Positions 11,396 to 21,542 of a DNA stretch of 64,000 bases are shown here, piece after piece. The notes under the pieces were generated by a model that saw only the letters and a program-made list of their open reading frames with translations, was not told the DNA's origin and searched no databases. A program made the position numbers and the translations under genes. Source of the stretch: an uncultured Bacteroidota bacterium (lineage in GTDB: Bacteria; Bacteroidota; Ignavibacteria; UBA10030; UBA6906); assembly GCA_963700635.1 (NCBI GenBank), contig CAVOYH010000003.1:672001-736000 (forward strand). The letters run 5' to 3'. Position 1 is the first letter of the stretch, and each line of letters begins with the position of its first letter.

Positions 11396-11434
11396 CGTAA
11401 GAATCAACCATTTGGCACTGCCCAGTCCGACCCT

Positions 11435-12502
11435 ATGACTACAACCCCCGATCAGCCGACACAACAAACGGGTACTCCCGCAGCCGGGCCGCAACAACGT
11501 GGCACCCAGCAAGGCCGCTCCCGGCCGCCGCAGCAGCGGAATCAGCCTCAGCAACAGCGAAATCAGCAGCAATGGCCTGATGTCAGCGTCGTCATTCCTC
11601 TCTATAACGAAGAGGAATCGATCAAAGAACTGAATCAACAGCTCCGTTCCACACTCGGCAGAATGAATGTCCGGTACGAAATCCTGTATATCGACGACGG
11701 CAGTACCGACCGTTCGTTCCAGATCCTCCGGGACCTAAAACGGAATGACCGGCATCTTAAGGTGATACGGTTCCGGCGCAACTACGGCAAATCTGCCGCA
11801 CTCTCCGTCGGATTTGAAAAAGCCCAGGGCAACATCGTCTTCACGATGGATGCCGACCTGCAGGACGATCCGTCGGAAATACCCTCCATGAAACGCCGGA
11901 TTGAAGAAGGGTTTGATCTGATTTCGGGTTGGAAAAAAATCCGCCGCGACCCGCTCTCCAAGACCATTCCATCCAGGTTTTTCAATTTTGTCACCGCCGT
12001 ATTGACCGGTATTAAGATTCACGATTTTAACTGCGGTTTGAAGGCGTACCGCCGGGAGGTCGTAAAATCGGTGAATGTGTACGGCGAACTCCACCGTTAC
12101 ATCCCGGTTCTCGCCCACTGGGAGGGGTTCAGGATCGGCGAAATGGCAGTCCAGCACAGGCCGCGCAAGTACGGCAAAACCAAGTTCGGCCTGGGTCGTT
12201 TCTGGAAGGGATTTCTGGATCTGCTCACGGCTCTTTTTACAACCCGGTTCCTCCGCCGCCCGCTCCACCTTTTTGGTCCGATCGGACTGGTGGTCACCCT
12301 TGCCGGTACCGTGATCGACGTCTGGTTGGTCATCGAGTGGATGCGCGGTCTCACGTCTCTCGGCAACAGGCCTTTGTTTCTCGCAGGATCAATGCTGATC
12401 GTTATCGGAATCCAGTTTATCTCACTCGGTCTTCTGGGAGAAATGATCAGCAAGACACGCACCTCGGCAGAGGAGTACTCGATCAGGGAGTTCCTCAAGT
12501 AA
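11435..12502 (+). CDS. GT2 polyprenol-phosphate glycosyltransferase (GtrB/ArnC-like) with Gln-rich N-terminal extension
   Basis: VVIPLYNEE, DDGSTD, RNYGKSAAL, DADLQD, two C-terminal TM helices. Confidence 0.92.
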   Translation: MTTTPDQPTQQTGTPAAGPQQRGTQQGRSRPPQQRNQPQQQRNQQQWPDVSVVIPLYNEEESIKELNQQLRSTLGRMNVRYEILYIDDGSTDRSFQILRDLKRNDRHLKVIRFRRNYGKSAALSVGFEKAQGNIVFTMDADLQDDPSEIPSMKRRIEEGFDLISGWKKIRRDPLSKTIPSRFFNFVTAVLTGIKIHDFNCGLKAYRREVVKSVNVYGELHRYIPVLAHWEGFRIGEMAVQHRPRKYGKTKFGLGRFWKGFLDLLTALFTTRFLRRPLHLFGPIGLVVTLAGTVIDVWLVIEWMRGLTSLGNRPLFLAGSMLIVIGIQFISLGLLGEMISKTRTSAEEYSIREFLK

Positions 12503-12515
12503 CAGTGGGCTGCCA

Positions 12516-13625
12516 ATGACGAAACCATGGGCGTCCGTCGACGCACTAAAACGTGATTGCCGGTGGTTCCGCGGCGATGTTCCATGCGCGCCGCACAAAC
12601 AGTCAGGGAGCCATTGCCGCGAAGCAGATGGCACGGATTGCGCCCACTATGACCCGCAGTCCGGCAACATTCTTATCATCAAACTCGGCGCTATCGGAGA
12701 CGTTGTCCGTACGACTCCCCTCCTCCGCAAGTTCGGCGAGGTGTATCCGACACACCGCATCTGGTGGTTAACGCTTACCCCTGAAATTGTCCCATCATCC
12801 GTTGATGTTGTACTCCCGTTTACACCACAGTCGCTTGCTACACTCGCCGCGATGCAGTTCAGTCTCGTCGTGAACCTGGACAAAGATCCGGAAGCATGCG
12901 CGCTGACTGCTACACTCCGGGCCGATCGTAAAAAGGGATTCACCCTTCTCGAAGGCAAGCCCGCACCGCTCGATGGAGATGCCCACCAAAAATATCTGAC
13001 GGGCGTTTTCGACGATCTCAGCAGGGAGAACACACAAAGTTATATACAGGAAATTTTTACTATCTGTGGATTCGTATTCGAAGGTGAAGAGTATATCCTT
13101 GACAATTTTGCCTCCAGGAACTATCATTGGAAAATCCCGCGTCGCAAACCGGTCGTCGGCCTTAACACGGGCTGTGGCGGCCGCTGGGTCTCCCGCCTCT
13201 GGGCCGAAAAAAACTGGATTACGCTCGCCCGACGCCTGAAAAAAGCAGGGTACGAACCGCTCCTCCTGGGCGGTGAACAGGAACACTCACTGAACCGACG
13301 TATTGCGTCGAAGAGCGGCGCGCGATACCTCGGTCATTTTCCCCTTCCGCAATTCATCAATCTGATTGATCAGTGCAACATCGTGGTAACCGCCGTGACC
13401 ATGGCCATGCACCTGGCTATCGGACTACAAAAGCCTCTCGTCCTCTTTAATAACACCTTCAATGAACACGAGTTTGAGCTGTATGGTAGGGGTGTGATTC
13501 TTAAACCGGAGTTCGACTGTTCCTGCTACTACTCCCCTGTGTGTCCGAACAACTGCATGCAATACCTCCGTGTTGAGACGGTGTTTGCAGGCATTCACAC
13601 CCTCCTCCCCACTCGGTCGTTGTAG
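12516..13625 (+). CDS. GT9-family glycosyltransferase (heptosyltransferase-like)
   Basis: ILIIKLGAIGDVVRTTP, VGLNTGCG, MHLAIGL; Cys-rich N- and C-termini. Confidence 0.85.
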   Translation: MTKPWASVDALKRDCRWFRGDVPCAPHKQSGSHCREADGTDCAHYDPQSGNILIIKLGAIGDVVRTTPLLRKFGEVYPTHRIWWLTLTPEIVPSSVDVVLPFTPQSLATLAAMQFSLVVNLDKDPEACALTATLRADRKKGFTLLEGKPAPLDGDAHQKYLTGVFDDLSRENTQSYIQEIFTICGFVFEGEEYILDNFASRNYHWKIPRRKPVVGLNTGCGGRWVSRLWAEKNWITLARRLKKAGYEPLLLGGEQEHSLNRRIASKSGARYLGHFPLPQFINLIDQCNIVVTAVTMAMHLAIGLQKPLVLFNNTFNEHEFELYGRGVILKPEFDCSCYYSPVCPNNCMQYLRVETVFAGIHTLLPTRSL

Positions 13626-13631
13626 ATTTAT

Positions 13632-15956
13632 ATGGCTAAAACAACCACGAAACAGCGAAGGCACCAGGAACGCCCCACGTGGGAACCGACGGATTGGCAG
13701 TGTATCGGTATCCTGGGCATGCTGACGGGATTCTTCTTCCTGCAGATCCTGCTCGGCAATGCGTTTCTGTGGGAAGACTTCGTCTACCAATGGTATCCTT
13801 TCCGTCAGTTCGCTTCGAGCTCTCTGGCCGGCGGTGAACTTCCTCTGTGGAATCCCTACACCGTTCACGGCATGCCGTTCCTGGCTGAAATCCAGACAGA
13901 AGTCTTCTATCTGCCCATGGCCGCGCTGATGTTCCTCGTCAAGAATGGGCGGCTGGATGTGTTCTGGCTCGAGCTCGTGAATGTGTTGCACTACTTCCTC
14001 GCCGGTGCAGGCATGTTTTTCCTGGCACGATCGTTTTCACTGAATCGGCTTTCCTCCCTTTTTGCAGCCATTACGTTTGCGTTTTCTGGATTTCTCGTCA
14101 CCCATGCCATCCATCAGGTTATCACCGGTGTGGTCGCCTGGTACCCCCTGTTGTTTCTCTTTTTCCGCAACGCTTTATCCTCGCCACGCTGGATGTGGGT
14201 GTTTGTGGCCGGGCTGACGCTGGGACACAGCTTCTTCGGCGGATCGCCCCAGATGTCGCTGTTCTTTTATCTTTTTCTTCTCTGCTATTTCGTCTTTGAA
14301 CTGTTACACCGCAATGGCTTAAAGGGACTGTTCCGGAAACCTGCGATGGTCATGACCGCGCGCGCAGCCGCGGTCGTATTCCTGTCGCTCGGGATCGCCA
14401 TGATACAGTTTCTCCCGACACAGGAACTGTCAGAGTTGTCCGCTCGGGCGCAGATCACATACGCGAAAGGAAGTGAAGGATCGCTTGGCTGGGGTCAGCT
14501 GCTCACACTTCTCGTACCGAAGTTCTTCGGAGTCTCGGACGCACATGCATATACCTACTGGGGGCCCGGTCCCTACTGGCACTACTGGGAGACGTGCGTG
14601 TACTTCGGGGTTCTCCCTCTGTTCCTCACACTGCTCGGTTTCCGCCTTCTCCGCCATCATGCGACGCTGCTCTTCCTGGCCTGCTTCGCCTCCTTTGCGG
14701 TCCTGTTTTCTCTGGGATCAAACTTCTTTCTCCACGCGGTTTTTTTTGACTCCATCCCGGGGTTTTCTTCCTTTCGAAACCCTGCCCGCATGGGTGTGTT
14801 TCTCCCCTTTGTTGGATCACTGCTCTCGGGATTCACGCTGCATCATCTGATGCACGGTATCACCACCGCCGGCGAGACAACCGTGTGGAAACGATGGGTT
14901 CTCATCACAGGGGGCACGGGCGCTGCACTCATTCTGCTCTCCTTGACGGGTATGCTGGACGGCGTTTTTCCATTTCTTGAACAGAGTCAGCCTCGTATGT
15001 TTGTGCGGAAGGAACTTTTTCTGGCTCTGGGGCTCCTGGTCGCAGCTTCCGGAGTCGCCTATGCACTTGTTGTCCGGAAGGGAAGCGGCACATTCCTTGC
15101 TCTTCTCGCCTGCGGACTGGTCTTTGGTGATATGTACATCTTCGGCGCAAACCATAATACAGCTCCCGTCAACCCGGAAGATCATTTCCGGCGGGCAGAT
15201 CCGCTCGTTCGCTTCTTTAAAGCCCAGGACGGAATCTTCAGGGTGAATACCCGGAATTCCCAGGGGATGATCATGGACCGGAACCAGGGCATGGTAGACC
15301 ACCTCTTTACGATGGAAGGATACACACCGCTCTTCCTGCAGAGGATCCACCCGCCGGCATCAACCGCCGAGAAGGCTTTCGACCTGTTGAATATCCGCTA
15401 CTACACGGTAACCGACAGTGCACGAGGAACGCTCGGCCTCCGGGAGCGGGAACAATATCTTCCGCGTGCGTACATGGTGTACGCATCCACCGCAAGCCGT
15501 TCGGGGGAGGAGTCCAGACAACACCTCATGGATTCTGCTTTTGATCCCTGGACCATGGCCGTGATAGAAGACACGTCGCACATTCCGCTCGTGGCGCCAG
15601 AAGTGACTCCTGTCTGGCGGGCAACGATCGATGAGTACCGCAATAACACCATACGGCTAACCGTTGAGTCCGACCACGACGGGTTGCTCGTGCTGAGCGA
15701 GTCGTACTATCCCGGCTGGCGGGCCGTTGTGGACCATCAATCGACCCCTGTGTTCAGAACAAACTATGCTCTGCGGAGTACTCCCGTATCCCGTGGTGTC
15801 CATACCGTCACATTCTCTTTTGAACCGGAGAGTTTCAGCCGGGGACTCTCCATCTCTCTCGGAACTCTGGGCATGTGTCTGGCAGGAATGTTGCTCAGCT
15901 GGAGACGTTCGAGGGTGGCCGCCGTGACGCCGGAAGACAACGGTAAGATCGTATGA
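13632..15956 (+). CDS. YfhO-family multi-pass membrane protein (GT-C type glycosyltransferase)
   Basis: LPLWNPY..GMPFLA, FRNPAR, LPRAY, LVLSESYYPGWRA, many TM helices. Confidence 0.88.
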   Translation: MAKTTTKQRRHQERPTWEPTDWQCIGILGMLTGFFFLQILLGNAFLWEDFVYQWYPFRQFASSSLAGGELPLWNPYTVHGMPFLAEIQTEVFYLPMAALMFLVKNGRLDVFWLELVNVLHYFLAGAGMFFLARSFSLNRLSSLFAAITFAFSGFLVTHAIHQVITGVVAWYPLLFLFFRNALSSPRWMWVFVAGLTLGHSFFGGSPQMSLFFYLFLLCYFVFELLHRNGLKGLFRKPAMVMTARAAAVVFLSLGIAMIQFLPTQELSELSARAQITYAKGSEGSLGWGQLLTLLVPKFFGVSDAHAYTYWGPGPYWHYWETCVYFGVLPLFLTLLGFRLLRHHATLLFLACFASFAVLFSLGSNFFLHAVFFDSIPGFSSFRNPARMGVFLPFVGSLLSGFTLHHLMHGITTAGETTVWKRWVLITGGTGAALILLSLTGMLDGVFPFLEQSQPRMFVRKELFLALGLLVAASGVAYALVVRKGSGTFLALLACGLVFGDMYIFGANHNTAPVNPEDHFRRADPLVRFFKAQDGIFRVNTRNSQGMIMDRNQGMVDHLFTMEGYTPLFLQRIHPPASTAEKAFDLLNIRYYTVTDSARGTLGLREREQYLPRAYMVYASTASRSGEESRQHLMDSAFDPWTMAVIEDTSHIPLVAPEVTPVWRATIDEYRNNTIRLTVESDHDGLLVLSESYYPGWRAVVDHQSTPVFRTNYALRSTPVSRGVHTVTFSFEPESFSRGLSISLGTLGMCLAGMLLSWRRSRVAAVTPEDNGKIV

Positions 15957-17074
15957 AGATCACCATCGTCGGCACGGCATATCCCCTCCGGGGTGGGATC
16001 GCCCATTATAACGCGCTCCTGGCCGAGTCCTTGCAGCAGCGGCATACGGTAAACACCATAACGTTTAAGCGGCAGTATCCTTCATTCCTGTTCCCCGGAA
16101 AGACCCAACAGGAATCTGGTGAGATGCTCCACGTTCCGCCGGCGCCACAACATATTGATTCCATCAACCCCCTCAACTGGATAACAGTCGGCAGAATGAT
16201 CAGGGATGAACGTCCCGATCTGCTGATCTTCAAGTACTGGCTCCCTTTTTTCGGGCCCTGCTTCGGCACGATCGCGCGCATGGCGCGGAAAAACAACCAC
16301 ACCCGGGTGCTCTTTATCTGTGACAACGTGCTTCCTCATGAACGCCGCCCGGGGGACACGGTGTTCACCCGGTACGCTTTCCGTGCAGCAGACTTTTTTA
16401 TCGTACAATCTGCTGCCGTAGAACGGGATCTGCTCACGATCCACCCCGAAGCCGTGTATCGTTTTGCACCACATCCGGTGTACACCATTTTTGGAGAGCC
16501 CGTGGACAAACAGGAAGCGCGGCGTCAGCTGGGTATCGCTGACGAACGGATTGTGCTCTTCTTTGGATATGTCCGGCGTTACAAAGGACTCCATGTCTTG
16601 TTGTCAGCTCTCCATGAAGTACGGAAGGCACTGCCTGTGCGCCTTCTTGTTGTGGGAGAGTTTTATACGGATCAGGCACAATATCAGGAGCAAATAGAAC
16701 AGCTCGGTCTGCAGGATTGCGTCACGGTACACGCGGATTATGTTCCCAATGAAAAGGTCGCATCGTTCTTCTCTGCGGCAGACGTAGTTGTGCTCCCGTA
16801 CCTTTCGGCAACCCAGAGCGGCATCACACAGATCGCCTATAACTTCAACAAACCGGTGATCGCTTCGGACGTCGGAGGACTTGCGGAGGTGATCAAGCAT
16901 GGAAAGACGGGGATCATTGTGCCGCCGAATCAACCGCATCTCCTTGCTGAGGCAATTCTGGACTATTATCATCATGGTCGTGAGGCCACGATGACACCCC
17001 GGGTAAAGGCGGAAAAACAATTGTACTCCTGGGATCACTTTGTGGAAACCATTGAGTCCTTGTGTCAACCCTGA
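15953..17074 (+). CDS. GT4 glycosyltransferase
   Basis: RGGIA, FFGYVRRYKG, PYLSATQSG, SDVGGL. Confidence 0.92.
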   Translation: MKITIVGTAYPLRGGIAHYNALLAESLQQRHTVNTITFKRQYPSFLFPGKTQQESGEMLHVPPAPQHIDSINPLNWITVGRMIRDERPDLLIFKYWLPFFGPCFGTIARMARKNNHTRVLFICDNVLPHERRPGDTVFTRYAFRAADFFIVQSAAVERDLLTIHPEAVYRFAPHPVYTIFGEPVDKQEARRQLGIADERIVLFFGYVRRYKGLHVLLSALHEVRKALPVRLLVVGEFYTDQAQYQEQIEQLGLQDCVTVHADYVPNEKVASFFSAADVVVLPYLSATQSGITQIAYNFNKPVIASDVGGLAEVIKHGKTGIIVPPNQPHLLAEAILDYYHHGREATMTPRVKAEKQLYSWDHFVETIESLCQP

Positions 17075-17119
17075 CCCCGTCACAATATCCTGTCTCCGGT
17101 CCCGGGCGGAACAGTACAC

Positions 17120-17983
17120 ATGGATAGTCCGAGCGTTTATGTCATCCTGGTGAACTGGAACGGCAGGGAGATTACGCTTGACTGCCTTGCCTCACTCCAG
17201 CGTGTCCGGTACCCGGCCATGCGCGTGCTGGTGGTTGATAACGGCTCGGCCGATGATTCCGTAGCCGCCATGCACAGCGGCTTTCCGGCGGTCGAGGTCC
17301 TGGCCCTCGGAGAGAACCGTCGATTCGCAGGAGGAAACAATGCCGGAATGCAGAAGGCCCTTGAGGCGGGAGCGGACTTCATCCTGCTTCTGAACAATGA
17401 CACGATTGTGGATCCGGATTTTCTGCCGCCGCTCCTGGATCGCTTCCAACGCGAGGAGCGCTGCGGCATGGTGGTGCCGAAAATCTACTACCACCATGCA
17501 CCTGACACCCTCTGGTATGCGGGAGGAGAAATTTCCTTCTGGTCAGGGACGATGCGCCACAGGGGAATCCGGGAAGTCGACCACGGACAATATGATTTTG
17601 CAACGGAAACAGACTATGCAACCGGATGCTGCATCCTCCTGTCGCGTGACGTGGTACGGCGTGTTGGAGAAATGGACGAATCGTTCTATATGTACACGGA
17701 AGATGCTGACTGGTCCATGCGCACACGCCGCGCAGGGTACCGCATACTGTTTGAACCCCGCTCACACATCTGGCACAAGCTCTCGGTCAGCACGGGCGGA
17801 CATCTTTCGTTCTTCAAGCTCAGAAACAAACTGATAAGTAATTACCGGTTCTTTGCACGGTATGCGCGCTGGTACCACTGGCTCACGTTCCCATGGCTGA
17901 GTATCATCATCAATGCTGGAGCCGCTCTACGGTATCTGGTGCATACATCTCCGCCGCTGCCGCGCAAACCAACCGCAGCGTGA
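17120..17983 (+). CDS. GT2 glycosyltransferase
   Basis: VNWNG, VDNGS, LLLNNDT, MYTEDADW. Confidence 0.92.
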   Translation: MDSPSVYVILVNWNGREITLDCLASLQRVRYPAMRVLVVDNGSADDSVAAMHSGFPAVEVLALGENRRFAGGNNAGMQKALEAGADFILLLNNDTIVDPDFLPPLLDRFQREERCGMVVPKIYYHHAPDTLWYAGGEISFWSGTMRHRGIREVDHGQYDFATETDYATGCCILLSRDVVRRVGEMDESFYMYTEDADWSMRTRRAGYRILFEPRSHIWHKLSVSTGGHLSFFKLRNKLISNYRFFARYARWYHWLTFPWLSIIINAGAALRYLVHTSPPLPRKPTAA

Positions 17984-18014
17984 GAGCACCCCGATATACC
18001 AACCAGGCCGAGTC

Positions 18015-18818
18015 ATGAAACAGCGACGCCCCCATACCATATACCATCTCGCCCGGAAGTCAGCCGAACATGCAACACGCGGCCAGAGCTGGGCAGGCGA
18101 CTCTGTTGAGGAGAGTATCGGGTTGTGCGCGGCGCAGACAATTGAGCCTGTGTTCCTCAGCACGCTCCCGCGTTCGGGCGCGATTCTTGAATCCGGCTGC
18201 GGACTCGGACGCTGGGTGTTCTACCTTCGCCGGAGAGGGTTTGATCTGACCGGGATAGATCTTTCCGAACCGGCCGTTCAGGTTGCCCTCTCGTACGATC
18301 CTTCTGTCCCCATCATCCGCGATGATGTACTGGGGTCGGCATTCGCTGATGAAACCTTTGCCGCGGCCATTTCGCTGGGCGTTGTGGAACATTTTGAAGA
18401 GGGTCCCGGCCAGGCTCTTGCGGAACTCAGGAGAGTGCTGAAAGATGGAGGGTTGCTGTTCATCTCGGTTCCGACACAGAACCTGATGCGGCGACTCATC
18501 ACCAATCACCTGAAGAGGTGTCATCGCCGGCTTCTGCAGTGGCGCGGGGAATCATTTGTCTTTGAGGAATACCGTTATACACGGAAGGAATTTAACACAC
18601 ATCTGACCCGTAACGGTTTTGAGATCCTCTCGATGGTTCCCGATGATTTTCTTCCGCCCCGCAACATGGGGCTTGTGGTGGACTTTCCGTTCCTGCGGCA
18701 TGCGTCCCGGAAGTGGGAATTAAATCGTCTCGGGCGGATGCTTCGTACCGGTATGAATTTTTTCTCGCCGTGGTGGATATGTGCCGGGACGTTGTGGGTA
18801 TGCCGGAAACAACAGTAG
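18015..18818 (+). CDS. Class I SAM-dependent methyltransferase
   Basis: ILESGCGLG, GIDLS, GVVEHF, LKDGG; start set at ATG 18015. Confidence 0.88.
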   Translation: MKQRRPHTIYHLARKSAEHATRGQSWAGDSVEESIGLCAAQTIEPVFLSTLPRSGAILESGCGLGRWVFYLRRRGFDLTGIDLSEPAVQVALSYDPSVPIIRDDVLGSAFADETFAAAISLGVVEHFEEGPGQALAELRRVLKDGGLLFISVPTQNLMRRLITNHLKRCHRRLLQWRGESFVFEEYRYTRKEFNTHLTRNGFEILSMVPDDFLPPRNMGLVVDFPFLRHASRKWELNRLGRMLRTGMNFFSPWWICAGTLWVCRKQQ

Positions 18819-18843
18819 ACGATCATCTTTATCGGCGGACGGA

Positions 18844-20169
18844 GTGGAATTCGGGAAACATCTTACAAAAAGTCTCTGGGGACTTGCGGACAAGTCCCTC
18901 CCGGTGGCATACGGCATCGGCTATGTGGTCCTCGTGATCCGGGTCCTTCCCGAAGAAGAGTTCGGGAATTTTGTCCTTCTCCAGGAAATATTTCTGATTC
19001 TCTCGGGCCTGGCGACGGCACTTGCACTGCAACCGATGCTGAAGTTTGCATCGGAAGACACACAGGACGCATCCGGTATTATCGTCGTCGGGATCCTGCT
19101 TAACCTGGCCTTTCTGGTGATTTCCTCGGTCCTGATTGTTGTGGCACGTGAGCCTCTTGGAAATCTGCTGCACGCGCCGACTCTTGCACCGTTGCTTCTC
19201 TACATTCCTGTGATGCTGTTCGCATCATTCATCCGGAATATCGCCCTCGTTCTGCTTCAGACCCGCTTTGGCATCAGCAGAATTTTCTGGGTGGATGCGG
19301 TTCACTTCCTCGGAACACCCATCCTGGTCTGGGTGTATTCCCGCATGCATCTGTTTGATTCGGCTGAGGATCTGGTCTTCATCTCCATCCTGTCGCTCTC
19401 TGCATCATCGCTGCTGGGCCTTCTCCTGACGTGGTCCCTCATTCGCTGGACTGCGCGACCGACCGCGCAGGATTTCCGCCGGACATGGGAGTACGGGAGA
19501 TATTCGCTGGGGGGAAATGTCAGCTATCTGGTCTATTCCAGGGCGGACACGTTCATTCTCGCGGCATTTACGGGTCCTGCAGAGGTAGCGGTGTACAGCT
19601 CCGCAAAGGTCTTTACGCGGATTTTTGACATGGTGAATCAGGTTATTCAGATGTTCCTTCTCCCGGGGGTTTCTCTTCTTGCCTCGCGCGGCGAACGTTC
19701 CAGCCTGAAGAGTGTCGTTGAGAAGTCGATCCTCTTTTCCTCTGTGGGCATGTTCGCCCTCATGATCCCGCTTCTTCTGGTATCCGATCCACTGGTCTCG
19801 TTGGTGTACGCGGGCCGGTATCCGGAGGCGGCGCTGATCCTGAAGATCTTTGTGTTTATGGCGCTTGCCGTTCCCGCATTCTCCATCGGCTCGAATGTGT
19901 TGATGGGGCTCGGTGAGGCCCGCGCCAGTTTTGAATTGGGAATTCAAATGCTCGTGGTCTCCGTTGTGGTCTATCTGGTAGCGATCCCATGGCTCGGCAC
20001 AACCGGGGCGGCGCTTGGTGTTGTGGTCTCTTCGTTCGTCATGGCATGGATTGCGCTACGACGTGTCCGTCACTATGTCCCGTTTACCGTGCAGGATGTG
20101 CTCTCCCGCCGGCACGACATTCGCGTGTTTATACGTTCACAAGTCCGGAAGTTCACACGACTCCCATGA
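18844..20169 (+). CDS. Wzx-like polysaccharide flippase (MOP superfamily)
   Basis: About 12 TM helices, EEFG near N-terminus, RADTFIL...VAVYS; GTG start at 18844. Confidence 0.85.
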   Translation: MEFGKHLTKSLWGLADKSLPVAYGIGYVVLVIRVLPEEEFGNFVLLQEIFLILSGLATALALQPMLKFASEDTQDASGIIVVGILLNLAFLVISSVLIVVAREPLGNLLHAPTLAPLLLYIPVMLFASFIRNIALVLLQTRFGISRIFWVDAVHFLGTPILVWVYSRMHLFDSAEDLVFISILSLSASSLLGLLLTWSLIRWTARPTAQDFRRTWEYGRYSLGGNVSYLVYSRADTFILAAFTGPAEVAVYSSAKVFTRIFDMVNQVIQMFLLPGVSLLASRGERSSLKSVVEKSILFSSVGMFALMIPLLLVSDPLVSLVYAGRYPEAALILKIFVFMALAVPAFSIGSNVLMGLGEARASFELGIQMLVVSVVVYLVAIPWLGTTGAALGVVVSSFVMAWIALRRVRHYVPFTVQDVLSRRHDIRVFIRSQVRKFTRLP

Positions 20170-21533
20170 TCACCAGGATCACAGCATATTTCCGGCGTAT
20201 GTTCTTTGAAGGAACTCCGCGCAGCATCCAGACGAAGCAGAACATTGTGGGATTGTTCTTGCTCAGGGGGATTTCTGTAGCAATCAATTTTGTTCTTGTG
20301 CCTCTGACGCTTACCTATCTGTCGAAGGACAAATATGGTATCTGGCTGACCATGAGTTCCATTCTGGCGTGGGTCATGTGGCTGGATGTTGGTCTCGGCA
20401 ACGGCCTGCGGAACCGCTTCGCACTCGCCCTCGCCCACGGAGACAAGAAGCTGGCACGGAGTTATGTCAGCACGACGTATCTCTTCGTCGGCCTGATCAG
20501 TCTCGCTCTGTTCCTTGCCTTTATGGCCATCCAGCCACTGCTCTCCTGGAGCGGCATTCTGAATGCTCCGCCGGCCCTCAACGCAGAATTGACACAATTG
20601 GCAGTAATTGTATTCCTCTTTTTCTGTATCCGCCTGGTCGCGGGACTGATAGGCACCATCCTTGTTGCCGATCAGCAGCCGGCGTTGAGCAGTGTCATGG
20701 AGGTGCTCATCAATGCGTTCTCGCTGGTGGCCATATTCGTTCTGGTCAAGACCGTTCCCGAGTCGCTTTTCTGGCTGGGAACTTGCATGACCGGCATCAT
20801 GGTGGTGGTTCCTTTGATGGGCAACTTCTGGTTGTTCCGCGGGAAATACCGGGAGTATGCACCTTCCTTCCGCTTCGTCCAGGTTGTGCATGCACGCGGC
20901 CTCATCAATATCGGATCGCAATTTTTCGTGTTGCAGCTGGCCGGACTGGTCCTTTTCACCAGCGCCAACATCATTATCACACAGCTGTCTGGTCCCGGCG
21001 ACGTGACACAGTACAATATCGCCTACAAATATTTTGGTGTACCCGCCATGGGATTCACCGTGTTGTTGACGCCGTTCTGGTCTGCATACACGGAGGCGTT
21101 TGCCCGCGGCGACACGGCATGGATCGAGATGACTTTCAGGAAACTGAAGAAAATCCTTTTCCTGTTCTCGATTCTGGTTGTGGCCATGGTTCTCCTCGCC
21201 GACGAGGTCTATCTCCTCTGGATCGGACCTGCGATCCAGATTCCGTTTTCCCTCTCGGCTACGATGGGAGCATATGTGCTGATTGTTGCATGGAGTAGCA
21301 TATTTTCGTACTTTATCAACGGAATTGGCAAAATCCGGCTGCAACTTTTCATCGCTATCATTATGTCCATCACAATGATTCCGCTTGCCCTCTTCCTTGC
21401 AGGACCGCTGGGCCTGGGCACAACGGGTGTCATTCTGGCGATATGCATTGTCCTCCTTCCCGGGGCAGTTCTCTGGCCGATTCAAACGCGCAAACTCCTG
21501 AGCGGCCGCACAACGGGAATATGGACACAATGA
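20166..21533 (+). CDS. Second Wzx/MATE-like flippase
   Basis: YGIWLT, DVGLGNGLRN, PFWSAYTEA; many TM helices; ATGA coupling to upstream flippase. Confidence 0.85.
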   Translation: MITRITAYFRRMFFEGTPRSIQTKQNIVGLFLLRGISVAINFVLVPLTLTYLSKDKYGIWLTMSSILAWVMWLDVGLGNGLRNRFALALAHGDKKLARSYVSTTYLFVGLISLALFLAFMAIQPLLSWSGILNAPPALNAELTQLAVIVFLFFCIRLVAGLIGTILVADQQPALSSVMEVLINAFSLVAIFVLVKTVPESLFWLGTCMTGIMVVVPLMGNFWLFRGKYREYAPSFRFVQVVHARGLINIGSQFFVLQLAGLVLFTSANIIITQLSGPGDVTQYNIAYKYFGVPAMGFTVLLTPFWSAYTEAFARGDTAWIEMTFRKLKKILFLFSILVVAMVLLADEVYLLWIGPAIQIPFSLSATMGAYVLIVAWSSIFSYFINGIGKIRLQLFIAIIMSITMIPLALFLAGPLGLGTTGVILAICIVLLPGAVLWPIQTRKLLSGRTTGIWTQ

Positions 21534-21542
21534 CGTCTCCCC

